Below are positions 1-12,639 of a stretch of 64,000 nt of DNA, piece by piece. The notes beneath the pieces were generated by a model that had not been told where the DNA came from, ran no database searches, and worked only from the letters and a program-made list of their open reading frames with translations. The first letter of the stretch is position 1. Every line of letters begins with the position of its first letter. The position numbers and the translations under genes were made by a program. This DNA is from Tubiluchus corallicola (Eukaryota > Animalia > Priapulida), in contig JAQGDQ010000063.1 of the NCBI GenBank assembly GCA_030141605.1, positions 620,001 to 684,000 of the forward strand, read 5' to 3'.

Positions 1-425
1 CAAGAACAGATTCATTTTCAGAATGATAAATGATTGGAACTCCCACACCACATCGATATGGAGCACCACATCAGCAGATCAATTCAAGGAGAAACTAGAC
101 ATGTATTGGAAAGATCATCCGATGAAGTTCCACGATCCGTTCCAGCCTGAGTCCAACTCCTCTGTAACACCATTCCAGTCTATCATAAATCAACACATCT
201 GACCAGTTTGCAATACCACTGAACTTGCTTCTTCACCACACCATGACAACTGCCGCTAGGCGGCACTTCCACTTGAGAGTCAACTTTAGAGAGATAACAT
301 AATTTCATAAATATAAAACGAGAGAGAGAAAACTTGTGGTAAAACAATTAACAGAGGTTTATTAAAAGAGACAACTATGGGTAAAAAGCCTAATTATAGG
401 CTTCGCCCTGTCGATCTACGGTAAT
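1..425 (+). mobile_element. 3' end of a non-LTR retrotransposon (CR1/L2-type LINE): ORF2 C-terminus plus 3' UTR
   Basis: Frame 2 reads KNRFIFRMINDWNS...SADQFKEKLDMYW, matching the F..R.IN.WN.L...S...FK..LD..W C-terminal motif of CR1/L2-type RT proteins; stop near 200; 3' boundary approximate. Confidence 0.65.
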
Positions 426-820
426 TTAAACAAAATTTGCAAACGAACAATAGAAAAATGGGACTTATAAACATTAGAACTATAATTCTATTCAAAAACT
501 TTAAACGTACGCGCGCTCTCTTCAAAATATTGATGAAAATTCAACCAACCTCTACTCTGTTTGTCTTTCAAATCTAATTTGCAAGTTCATACTGCACACT
601 ATCATAAAAATTCATCTGTTTTTTATAGAATATACTACCAACACAACCTCTAGTTCTGCCCCATGGAAAGTGTCGCCATCTCTGGTAAAATATATTCAAA
701 TATGATTCTGCTATCTCTCACGGTCACCCTTTTGCAGTCTCCAGTCTGCATCCTTCGTGTTGGCATAGGGAAACAATCTCTTTGTAGGGCGCGAAGTACG
801 CCACACTGTGGAAAAGCAAT

Positions 821-1465
821 GTCGTATTTGGGCAGCCCAAGTAGGGCACTGGCAATTTCTGTCGAGAATCGAGAATTATGACATAATAAAACATAAAAAC
901 AAATTTGTTTTCCAAAAAAGAAACTTCATAATAGTAATGGATAGTCCTTGACTATTTACAAATGTATTTTTCGCAATAATATCATCATTATTATTAGCTC
1001 CATTGATATCGTCATAACATTAAGCTAAGTATCTAATGCTTTAAAAAGAGAAACTATGTAGGGCACATAGCTCGCTAGCCCATTTACTTTGTAGAAAACA
1101 ATTATTTGTCCAAGAGGTAGTGAAACGGATCACCTGTCTGTGAAGCAAGACAAAATGAAAAATGATTGTTGAAATTGCCTAGAAAGCGAGCTTATTTCAC
1201 TTCAAAAAGATTAATATAGAAACCAAATATAATATTGGCCATTCTACTAGCTCAGAATAATATTCTTTTATTTTATCAGATGTGTAATAAACTATTCAAC
1301 AGATAGAGCAACAGAATAATAATAATAATAAATTATTCTACATGTATTGACGTTTTCAATTATTATTATTATTAAATAAACAAAGACAACGGACGGTGCC
1401 AGTATGGCTACCGACTCTGTTCGTGACCTGTCTCTAGTGTCCTACTTGGGCAGCCCATGTACGAC
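821..1465. mobile_element. Putative MITE / non-autonomous DNA transposon with imperfect inverted repeats
   Basis: 821-852 (gtcgtatttgggcagcccaagtagggcactgg) is the reverse complement of 1434-1465 at 27/32 positions; AT-rich non-coding interior; no clear TSD. Confidence 0.45.
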
Positions 1466-1759
1466 TCGTCCTACTTCGTCAATTGTCCTACTCCGCTCTC
1501 AACATCCTGATTTTGAAAATTTGCTTCTCTAATTGACAACACGTTTGTTAATACTGTGCAGTTGAATAGATCTTTCTTTACCACACAGCTGACACACTAG
1601 ATCAGAAAAAACTACCCTCAAACAGCGTTCATCGTGTTTTAATTTACATTGAAAAATATTGAAATTACGGAGTAATATTCGCGCATAAAATGCCTTGCTT
1701 AAAATGCAGAAGAAATTTATATCATTTGTCTAGCTTCTACCAAACGAACCTCGCTGCAG

Positions 1760-1982
1760 GCATATTTGGGTTATTGGCGGTGGTCACGTGAGCATTATGT
1801 TTAGCGTAGAGGCATGGCTGTGAATATAAAGTTATGCAGGTGCGGGAAAATCAGAGAGAGAGAGAGGGAGGGGGGCGATTTGTGGAAAAACTACTTTACA
1901 GGAAATATTTATCGTGGAATCTCTCTGTGTTTTATTTGGTAGGCTTTTAGAGAAAGAAGGGGCGGTAAGAGAGAATGATTCG
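1760..1982 (+). promoter_or_regulatory. Probable promoter and non-coding first exon of the KIAA1143 homolog
   Basis: Locally GC-richer stretch with a CACGTG E-box (~1785), ending at a consensus donor cg|gtaagt (1983); the next good acceptor before the coding ATG is tgcag at 10095. Confidence 0.4.
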
Positions 1983-4309
1983 GTAAGTGGCCTTTCCCGC
2001 ACTAAGACATGTTAATATTTTGAAAGTTCTGTTAGGTGACCTAGTTCACCTGTTCTTTGGCTTCAGTTGTTTAATTTCTATTTGTGTAAGTTATATCAGT
2101 TCAAATCATGTCACTTCTTGAAATTCTTGTCAATGTAAACACTATTTAACCGGGAGTTTTTATATTTTAACTAATTTGTTTAGTGTTTCGGTTTTATTGC
2201 GTTTGTGTTGCGTGTTGAGGCTACTTAATCAGGAACAACTGTTGAAATAAGATCACCAAAATAGCAGCAAGTCTAAATGTTTAACAGTTTAATAATATCA
2301 GTACGTGAATAGAAATTATACTCAGAGTCAGGATTAGAACATGTGGCAGGACCATTACCTTAAATAACATATTCAATCATAATTGCACCTAAAATAACGA
2401 AATACTGGTTAACCAGAAATAGATACATCAGGGTGAACTGCATACTACATAAGGCATAATTTGATAATCAGTAGTCAATATTTAAATATATAAGTGAATA
2501 AAAAAGTGTTTGCCTGCATCAGTAGCTCTGTACATCACAGAAACAAGGAAAATGTGGGAGATTATTTCCATTGACAGACATCGCACCATACTCCCTCAAT
2601 TAGTAGTATTAAAGGCAGATTTAACTGTTTGTAGCGTGTTGGAAAATATCTCGGCGAGCAGCAATCTTAATACACATAGTTGGGGGTCCTCTATACGTCA
2701 AATCGTCATAACATCTCCGGGTTTGGGAGCATAGAACTAGGCTGAACTTTTTGGACCGTCGAGCACACCTTGTAACTCCAGAGAGTCCTGTCTTTGGGGC
2801 GTGACTTCGTTTAACGGAAACACGTCTCGGTGCAGGGCTACTGGCTAGGATCGTTGCAGCACGAAGACACGTACAACGAAGCTTCCACAGTTCACTTACA
2901 AATTCCAGTAGGTATTCCATGTAAGAACATCACGAAATGTTGTAAAACTTCTAATGTGCTAACATGCCATGTGGAACACACACGAAGGACTTACAACTCT
3001 ATGATGTCTATAAATCAGATATATTTAATCTTATGATCCCTTTGATAATGATCTAATGTACCAGTTATCACTTATTAATTATTATCTCTTGTGATCGTAT
3101 AGCCTTCACGTGATTTATATAATCATTTAAAATTGACTTAAGGTTGATTCGCTTCCTATCTTAATTAATCGCTAGAAGGTGTTTTATCACCTGGCTCCTA
3201 GAGCTTAAGATTAGTCTATCGGGCGATAATCTAGTCCTTCTAGACTGACTCTACTACTTCGGGCTGTGAGAAAAGTCTTTATCTCTAAAGCTTTCTAGCT
3301 AAGCGCCCGCAATTGAGCTTTATTAAATTAATTAATGATTAATACAATGAGAATCTACAGGTTCATTATCGAATCTAATGTTGCTTAACTTCTCAAGTTA
3401 CAAATGTGTTAAGATTACTTAACTCGGTGGAATGACCAATGCAACTCCCGTACACTTGGTCAAATCCAATGCTGTTGTAAGACTATTCGTAGATCCAGTG
3501 CTCAGATTAGGTGAGGACGTAGAACGATGGTCCACCCTGGTTCGAAATGAAGTCTACACTCTGTCAGATTTCCTGTTGCCTCTCTCTGGCTCCTCTTTCC
3601 CTGATGTTGCTCTCTGCTCGCACCCAACTAACTAACCAACAACTAACACCACGTGTCTTCAAGCACGGGCTTATAACTCCAAGTTCCGCTTTGCGTAATT
3701 CGCGCTCAAACGCAATATGGTGCAATAGGTGAAAAGGTGACATCCTTGGCTCTACCCTGCCAAGAAGTTTATCACCATCCAGGCGGTTCAAGTATTCTTC
3801 CTCTTGCATGGGAAGTTAGCTGCACGCCAGGTCTGTCTTTCAGAATTCCTTGCTCCCAAAGTCTCCTCGTAGCTTGGCGTTGGCCATAAAGCTTTCTTTC
3901 CAAAGAAATTTTGCTCCTCGCGACTTCTTAATAATTACATGTAACTCTGCATATGTTATATAGAGAGCGTTTATCTACGCTTGCATAAGGTTATAAACAA
4001 GATTACGCTTTCTCTAAATGAATACCTGTTTACCTTCAGTAAACGCAAAAACACACCCGTGAAAATAATTTGCTTCGCATTAAATCTCGTGCCTTACCAG
4101 CTGAGTGAGTTCTTATAATCAATCAATAAATTTATCTTATCAAATCAAGGAGGTATCCGTTTTATCAACTGAATCTAATTCAGTTTATAATTCTATTAAT
4201 TAATCACCAAATTACCGATTCATAAATTTATTCATGACAACTCTTATATGAAGCTTACGTCACATGCATTCTCATCACTGCATCGCTGTCTCTCATCAAG
4301 GCTGTAAAC

Positions 4310-4436
4310 CAAGTACGCCAAGAACGCCACGCTGCCAAAAATGCCAAGCCGCCAAGAATGCCAAGCTGCCAAGAATGCCAAGCCGCCAAGAACGCCACGC
4401 TGCCGAGAACGCCAAGCTGCCAAGAATGCCAAGCCA
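4310..4436. repeat. Minisatellite of 8-9 bp GCCAAG-core units (~17-bp dimer gccaagaatgccaagct/c)
   Basis: Directly visible tandem units gccaagaat / gccaagct / gccaagcc / gccacgct. Confidence 0.9.
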
Positions 4437-4799
4437 GGTTGATTGATAGACAGACGAATTGGCTGACAGCAAAACGGATATTCTTATAGAAATTGTTAAT
4501 TTTTCATGCAAGCATTGACACCTGTTTTGTGCCGACACAGAACAAATAAATTATCCCTTTGTTTGACCGCCACGTATCTGGTATTACACAACGTATTAGT
4601 AAATAAGTGTCAGTGTCTATGAGAATGTCTAACCAACAAACATATTGTATGACTGCGAGAAGTCACAGATATGAACACAATCGCATTGACCTGAGCCGAG
4701 CCTTTCTTTTAAAAGTGTAATTTTAACGGTCAGATTGGAAGTAGTTACGTCTTATATATACTGTGAAATTCACGTCGGCTATCCAAAAAGCACCAAGAG

Positions 4800-5320
4800 T
4801 CATTGTCAGTTAGAAAAATACCAACAAGCAAATGACCAACAGGACGATACCGGGATCGTGATAAGTCCTGTACCTGGAAGCGCTATCTCATCACTTCAGA
4901 GGACACAGATTGGGATAACATTAAGCGCTTTACTGGGTCACAGCTCTGCAACCAGTCGTATAGAGTAAACAAGTCAGAATGTTACAAGGTGTCTTGTTAC
5001 TCACTTCCTAGCCATAAGCATATTCGCACAGTTGGTGTGATACGAGACAGTACAGATAATGAAGAGAGGCAATCAGACATTAGTCACATCTCGCCTATGT
5101 CCACACCTGATGCCCCTATGTTGACACCAGCCATTCCTACAGAAATGAGTACTCCATCCACGAGTTTTGGAAATGTAACTCCTTTCGGTGGAAAGCTCAA
5201 TTTATTAGTGCCACAGCCAGCTACACATTATCACGACTCGCAAGAACATGCACGACGCCCTCAAAGGAGTCGCAGACCCCCCAACTTAGCTGAAAGACTA
5301 TGTCACCGAGTTTTGAGCAT
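4800..5320 (+). mobile_element. Possible decayed 3' end of an older Gypsy pol
   Basis: Low-complexity P/S/T-rich ORF ending RRPQRSRRPP, typical of the Gypsy integrase tail; weak evidence only. Confidence 0.3.
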
Positions 5321-5441
5321 TTTGATACATTTCTACTTTTGTGCTTACTTGTTCTAAAGGACATATACATGTATGCATGTGTATTTAACCTTCTTTTGTT
5401 AGCTGTTAGAGAAGTTACATTGTTCTAGTTGCCTTGCATAT

Positions 5442-5771
5442 TAGAGGATCTCGAACATTTCAGCATGTGAAGAGTACCCGTATTGCTGTTTGCCAGAAGG
5501 CAATTTTTAACACATTTAACAATAAGAACTTAATGCAGTTTCAAGCAGATGTTTAACATTTGGAACGGTATATTATTTGTAGTTTTACTTTTGTGATTAA
5601 AGGAACAATTCTTAAATTAGTATAATTCGAAACATTTGTATTTGTACTTATGCTGTATGCAGTATGGCAGTATTATATGTAATTATTTTTTTGTTGTTTT
5701 TTCAGCCTGATCTTTGCTGCAATACCATAAATAAACCACTTTGATTCAGCAAAAACTTCCATAGTTATTTA
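5442..5771 (+). repeat. 5' LTR (~330 bp)
   Basis: Direct repeat of 8991-9312; about 20 substitutions and one 8-bp indel counted by eye. Confidence 0.92.
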
Positions 5772-6215
5772 TGATCAGGCGGGAGAATGCCAATTGTTCA
5801 ATGCCCAATTACTGGCTGCAATTATGCAACAGAGGACTTGTCGGAGGCTCTTTCTTGAACTCCTACAAATACATCGTGGCAGTCACACCACGAACACAGA
5901 GGCGGCACCACCCGCACATTCTGCTCCAACTGCGAAAATTGGAAAAGTGAAAGGCCTACTGTACCTGCCGTCGGTACCAGCGAAGAACGAAGAATGGGCA
6001 TATTTTACCACACGTTGGCAAAAATATGTAGATGCCACTGGTATCATTGGTAAAGACAGAGTAATTCAGTTATTAGAATGTTGCGGTGAAATGTTACGTA
6101 AAGATCTCACTCGTTCTGCTGGTGGCAGTCTCAGTGGCAAAGCAGAAGATATCGTTCTCAAAAAGCTTGCTGTTCGCGTTGAGAATATGATGGTAGCTCG
6201 TGTAGCATTGCATGA

Positions 6216-7394
6216 TTGCGACAAGATTGTGAAGAACCTATCCGTGCATTCTGCGCCCATCTACGAGGACAAGCCGGCATCTGCAATTATGAAGTGAAAT
6301 GTCCCGAGTGCGACACCAGTGTCAGCTATACCAACGAAATAATTCGTGACTGTATCACACGCAGCGTTGCTGATCCAGAAATCCAATTGGACATTCTCAG
6401 CGACAAAAATCAAGTCATGGAAATCGAAGAATTATTAATGCTAATTGAAAGCAGAGAATCTGGAAAAAGATCTGCTTCAAAACTCTTCGATACCCACAAT
6501 GCTGAAGCAGTGCGTAGCTCATACAGACCAACAACAAGCAATCTAGCCAAGGATAAAACATCCGAACCATGCAGCCACTGTGGAAGGCACGGTCATGGAA
6601 ATGGTTCTGATTTTATATTACGACAGGACAAATGTCCAGCTTTCGGCAAAAGCTGTACAAATTGCAGTCACAGACACCATTTTGCTCCGGTACATAGATC
6701 TAGAAATAAGCCAAAACATGCTGCTCCAGACCGTGACAGAGGTTGTGAACAATCCAGCTCACTGGGTGAACAGGGAGCTGTGTTCAATACATTGTGTTCC
6801 CTTACATCCCACGTACATGCAAAAAATAGCCGTCATACAGTTCCCTCACATCATGTATATGACCAGATGTGTAATAGTTGGCTATGCCAACCATCGAAGC
6901 CTCAACCATTTGTTACATTGCGCATATCAATAAACCCAAGTGACTACACAGCCCTTGGTTTCCGCTGTGGCAGACGACCAACTTCTTGTATAATTTCAGC
7001 AATAGCAGACACCGGATGCCAGAGTTGCCTGTGCAGCCTTAAAATCCTCACTCGCATAGGCATATCAGAGCAACATCTCATACCTGTCACCATGCGCATG
7101 CAAGCTGCAAATGATCGTGGAATCAACATCCTTGGCGCTGCTATCCTAAGATTTACTGGTACATCTACGGCTGGCAAACAGCTGGAAACTAGGCAGATCG
7201 TATATGTCACCGATACTTCAAACATATTGTACATTAGCAGCGAAGCTTGTATTGTACTCGGAATGATCACAGAGAGCTTTCCAACGATTGATGAGGTCTG
7301 CAACACGCTAGAGATATCATCATCAAACAGTACTTCATCCAACCCCCAACAAAACAGTAGTGGTTTGACATCTGAGTACCACTGCCCACGATGA
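6216..7394 (+). pseudogene. Gag C-terminus (zinc knuckles) and aspartic protease ORF of the Gypsy element
   Basis: 392-aa ORF with IRDCITRSVADPEIQLDIL gag motif, Cys/His knuckles and IADTGCQS protease active site. Confidence 0.88.
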
Positions 7395-8990
7395 CAGCTG
7401 CCACCTACACCACCCTCCCAACTGCCATTTTCGTCAATGCAAGAAAATTTGCCAAAACTGAGACAGTATCTCCTCGACACTTACAAGGCAAGCATATTCA
7501 ACATATGTGAGCACCAACCTCTCCCACTTGTGGAAGGGCCCCATTTGAAACTCATGGTGAATTCTGATGCCACCCCCGTGGCACATCACACCCCATCCCA
7601 GTCGCCTTGCATTGTCAGAAACAAGTCAAAGCAGATATAGATCGCGACGTTCACCAAGGGGTCTCATCCGTGATTTCTCGTGCAGAATCATCAGTATTCT
7701 GGCCAGGCATAACGACAGCCATATAGGCACTTCGAAGTCGTTGCCAGGAATGCAACAGTATTGCACCCTCGTATCCTGCAGCACCCCCCGTTTCCCCAGT
7801 TTTGCTGGTATACCCATTTCAGTGCATCTGTGCTGACTTCTTTCATTACAAGGGCGTCTACTACTTGTTGTTGACCGTTATACCAACTGGCCTATTCTCG
7901 AACATTCTCCAATTGGGGCCACTGGTCTCATTGCCTGCCTCCGCCGAGTTTTTGTCACTTACGACACTGCTGAAGAACTGGCCTCAGATGGTGGCCCTGA
8001 ATTTACTTCATTCTAAACACACCAGTTTTTTTTCATACTGGGGTGTCCATCATCTTTCTTCGGTGGCCTTTCCTCACAGCAATTGTAGAGCCGAAGACCG
8101 TTAAGCGCATGATTATGGATAATACTGGCCCTCAGGGAGACCTTAATACAGACTTGTTTCAAAGAGCAATCCCACAGTACAGAAACTGCCCAGACAGAGA
8201 TGCCAAGCTCTCACCTGCCCAGTGTCTGTTTGGCCGCCCTATACAGGATTTCATCCCTATAATATCCGGTGACTACCAACCTCGTAACATTTGGCAAGAA
8301 TCACTACTAGCCCGAGAAGAAGCCTTGCGTAACAGACACATGAAGGCATCGGAATGGTAGACTGAACACACAAAATACCTACCCCCACTAGCTGTTGGTG
8401 ACAAGGTACGTTTACAAAATCAGACCGGGGATCATCCTACCAAATGGGACAAGTCTGGTGTAGTCATTGAAGTCCGTCAGTATGACCTATATGTCATTAA
8501 GGTGGATGGCTCGGGCCAGTAACACTTCGGAATAGACGTTTTCTTTGGAAATATGAACAAATTCACCCACCACGCCTCAGTATCTCTATTGATACTGACC
8601 TTGCTTACAACGACAGAGGCTTACCAGTTGGGAAACCTGTAACAACAACCACTCTGCCACCTAAAACAAATCAATGCCCTAATACCACAACCTTGCACCC
8701 ACCCAAACCCAAACAAACAGACAAACCTGTTGGACCAGAGGACCCTCCCCCTAACATCAGCACACCCTCACATATGCCACTAACTACCATACCAGATAAT
8801 CCCAAGCCAGTTGATACGTCCATTGACTCCACTTCAACAGCATTAGCTCCTACCAACCCAGTCATACCACTATGTCATTCAGCTCAGCAGAGGACAACTC
8901 CTCAGTGGCACAAAGACTTTGATATGTCTGGTAATTTGGTCAGTTATCAGTGTTCGACATATGCTCCCTCTGTCCAAGACTTAGGGGGGA

Positions 8991-9312
8991 TAGAGGATCT
9001 CAAAGATTTCAGCATATGAAGAGTACTCGTATTACTGTTTGCCAGGAGGCAATTTTTAACACATTTAACAATAAGAACTTAATGCAGTGTCAAGCAGATG
9101 TTAAACATTTTGAACGGTATGTTATTTGTAGTTTTACTTTTGTGATTAAAGGAACAATTCTTAAATTAGTATAATTCGAAACATTTATATTTATACTTAC
9201 GCTCTATGCAGTATTACATGTAATTATTTTGTTGTTGTTATTTCAGCCTGATCATTGCTGCAATATCATAAATAAACCACTTTGATTCAGCAAAAACTTC
9301 CATAGTTATTTA
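8991..9312 (+). repeat. 3' LTR (~322 bp)
   Basis: Direct repeat of 5442-5771, immediately after the polypurine tract. Confidence 0.92.
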
Positions 9313-10133
9313 TATATGCATCCATTTATCGTGATTAACTAATTTGTTTAGTGCCTTTATCACAGAATTTGTTTTGTACCAGTTTGTACAATGTAACCTG
9401 CATTGAAGTTCAGGTTTTGTGCACCTTTACTCTTACTTTAGTTTAGCAGTGGTTTAAATTTAATATGTGTTCTCGGGTCAGAGATGACCACAGTGCCATA
9501 ATTTCATTTAATTTTCTTGGCATATCTTATCTTACTTGCCTATCATATTGTGATTATCGCATATTGTTGCTGGTTCAATTGCAACATCTTTCTTACAGTT
9601 GAATTATTTTGTTACAAGTTATTAGGTAAAAGTATTGTGCAGCATCTTTACCTAGGATTTAGAGAATGGCCCTTTACCTCGTGTCACTCATCATTAGGAC
9701 TACAAGCAGTTACAACTTGAGAGAAAACAAAGAGGTTACGCCAATGTTATTGGTTGTGTTTGCGTTAACAGTGAAGAATGTAAGGAGATGATGATGACGG
9801 ATGAGAGTTAGGCAGTGCGTCTTGGTAGAGGAGATCATCTCGACGATGGCGGTCTGATAAACGGATGTTTTACTATAACCTAGTATTTTCTTGACGAGTT
9901 CATTTAAAATAAACTGCATTTTAACTGTTGGAATTTGCTGTTTCCGTTTTACTGGTGGAGTCAGTTTCACTCTATGCATACCTATGTACCAAAAGCTTTA
10001 CCCTTTACTTTTTACTAGATAGTACAAACAATAATGCAGGCTGTAAATTAAGTGTAATGACACATTGAATTGATTAACATAATTATTTTTTGCAGAAAAC
10101 AATGACAAGCTATATTCATCAGTGAAAGAAAAG

Positions 10134-12639
10134 ATGTCTCACCGAAAGTACAATGTTTCATATGAAAAGCCTCACGAGCCTTCATTTTTAAAAAAATTCA
10201 AACAACGCATAGGTTACCAAGAGCCGCCGACTGTTGATAGCAAAGTAATAGATAGTACTAGTAGTAGTATTATTAAATTTACGGGTAACAGTGAAATCAT
10301 GCCACTTGCAGCAATCAAATGTATTTATCATGCCGATAGCTCGGCACATACTGTATGTGTAACAGTAGTAGGCAGTTGTGGAGTGTGTATTTTGTGCTGC
10401 AGTATGCGAACAGTTTTTATTGATTTCTGCTGCAGATTTTACATATTCCAGTCCTACAGAACTTTCATGATTAGGCAAGACAATCACGCATGCCTCCAAC
10501 TTTCATGATTGGGCAAACCATTACGCATGTTACATTTGAGTTCAAATAACAGGTCTATATTAAAAACATTGCAGCTGTATTTCTAGTTAATGTGAGTATC
10601 TGTACATTGCTCATCCCTTGTGTGCGTACAGAACAGGAAATTAATAAGTCAGAGGCTTAACTATTTATCCATTGCTGGTTTATCAAAATCTTATTTTGCA
10701 ACAGCTTGATCAATGTTGAAAACGTCGCACTATTCAGTGTCCAGTCTAGCCTCGTTATCTCGCCACTGTCCGTCTAGGGCAAATTTTTGGCGAGAGGCGA
10801 GTATGGCGAGATAACGGGAATATAACGAAGTTAGTCTATATGTATATACATAATAGTTGATTAACATAGTGTTCCTCTATGTACATATAAAATATATTTC
10901 GCATTATGATACCAATCAACATTAAATCAGAAATGAAAAATGTCATAAAAATAATCTTAGAATGTTACTCTTTTATTTAAAAAACCTTTTTCGAGTATAC
11001 ACTTAAATGCAATAAACTTAGCAAAAGATTTAGAAATGTTCACAAATGAGTTACTGATGACTGAAATAATTCAGAAGAGACAACTGTTTCATTGATGATA
11101 CACGCAAGCAGTCAACACGACGTTTAATCAAACACAATCCTTGAATATCGTCGCATGTGACTCTGTCAGACTGTTCAAAGTATTGCATCAGTGTGTCGAC
11201 AGCTGCTGCTGCCTGGTCATTCGATACATGAGATGCGCCATGAGACACTTCTCCGGCTAACAGTGTCACCAAATTTCGCACTAAATACAGTAACAATTTC
11301 CTGCTGTGTCTTTGAAGAATTATTCGTATGATAAATACAAATTTCCTTTTTTTGTTCAGGATTAAGACAAAACAGTTTTCGCTTCAGAGACATCATGTAA
11401 AGTTGCTCACACTTTGTGGAAACTCAAACTTAAACGCAGCTTTGGTGTTATAGAGTAAGGATATTGGTGACGCTTTAGTTTCTCTGCGCATTAACCAACC
11501 ACAGCACTCCTAATCTAATCCTGGTGAGACACACACTAGATTAATTGTCTGTCTATCGAGTACAGCAGCATTGTCTACATACCGCGGTTATATTGATCGA
11601 CACGCGGTATATGTATTGATCGATTCACCTCTGAGTTTGTCTGTTTGGCGACATAACGAATATAGTTTACATAAGCACTCATCCTAGCATGACGTGGCGA
11701 GAAGCGAGGGTGGCGACTTAACGAGGTAAATATCAAAGCAGGAAATCCATCCTGGTACTTTCTATGGCGAGAGACGAGTTTGGCGGCATAACGAGGGGCG
11801 AGATAACGAGGCTAGACTGTATTGGCTTTTACATTTGGCATTGTGACTTAATTATTAGAGTTAACTAGGCATGAAAACCCCAATTCCTTGCACTAACTGC
11901 TGGTCTAATCTTTAATGTCACCCACGTGCAAGGAGTATGCCACTTATTTGAACATTTTTACAGTATATTTTATCCTGAACATTTATTATAATTTTAATCT
12001 CCTGTCAAAAATTTGTTTCTTGATATGAGTTTGCACAAGAGTCCTTTTGCTCGCTTGCTTTATGCAAACACAAAAAGCCAGAAACTTCCATTGCCATATT
12101 TTCTTATTTCTAGAGGGCAATGATTGGGATAGATGATGATGATGACGGTGAACAGGCAGAGAGAGAGGATGAGAAGCCTACAATTGTACTACAGAAAGAA
12201 GATGATGTGACAGAAGCTAAAGCAAAAATAATTCTTAGTCAACAAAAAATCCGTAATGGTAATTTAAAAATTTATTTCATGGAAAATAGAGTCAAATTAT
12301 AAATAAAAACATCAACAAAAAAGTTTTTATGAAAAACAATTTGAAACTAATTGATGCCATGATCTACACACATGATCTGCAGCAACTTGGAACACAAATT
12401 ACATAAAATAATTTATTGAATAGTCTTTATTTTTAGAGAAGACAGATGAATGTAAAAGAATTACCTTTACAAAGCCTGTCAAACGACGAGAATGTAGCAA
12501 ATTAAGTATTTGTTCCAAGAAACGAAAAACCGAAAATACGAAGTCAAAACAGAATTCCATGGAAAAGGTAAAAAACTCTAGTTTGCTATCATTTGACGAT
12601 GATGAAGAAGAAAATGAGGATGATGAAGAGGAAAGTTGA
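10134..12639 (+). CDS. KIAA1143: KIAA1143 homolog (DUF4604), 3 coding exons: 10134-10244, 12114-12258, 12437-12639 (~152 aa)
   Basis: MSHRKYNVSYEKPHEPSFLKKFKQRIGYQEPPTVDSK / ...EREDEKPTIVL... / RITFTKPVK...VKNSSLLSFDDDEE match recalled KIAA1143 motifs; GT-AG introns in consistent phase (0,1). Confidence 0.9.
10742..11819 (-). mobile_element. Internally deleted Tigger/pogo (Tc1-mariner) element in a KIAA1143 intron
   Basis: 23-bp TIRs cagtctagcctcgttatctcgcc / ggcgagataacgaggctagactg, TA on the right flank (TC on the left); minus-strand remnant 11051-11296 ends ...AVDTLMQYFEQ...KQLSLLNYF, like Tigger transposase C-termini. Confidence 0.85.

Larger units (their letters stand above)
5442..9312 (+). 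mobile_element. Ty3/Gypsy (Mag-like) LTR retrotransposon, internally deleted (no RT/RNase H), degenerate
   Basis: Paired LTRs 5442-5771 and 8991-9312; PPT ttagggggga before the 3' LTR; flanks catat/tatat; gag with Cys/His knuckles (CSHCGRHGH..CPAFGKSCTNC), protease ADTG, integrase H2C2 (HQGV..FWPG) and core (PFQCICADFF, SDGGPEF, SNCRAE); frameshifts and stops. Confidence 0.93.

Noticed and set aside
3770-3900. Minus-strand peptide RKLYGQRQATRRLW resembling Copia RT LYGLKQ motif
   Set aside because: Short match with no other RT motifs nearby; likely chance
2240-4239. Possible ~2-kb solo LTR (TGTTG...TGACA)
   Set aside because: No matching TSD and no second copy in the window; cannot be classified
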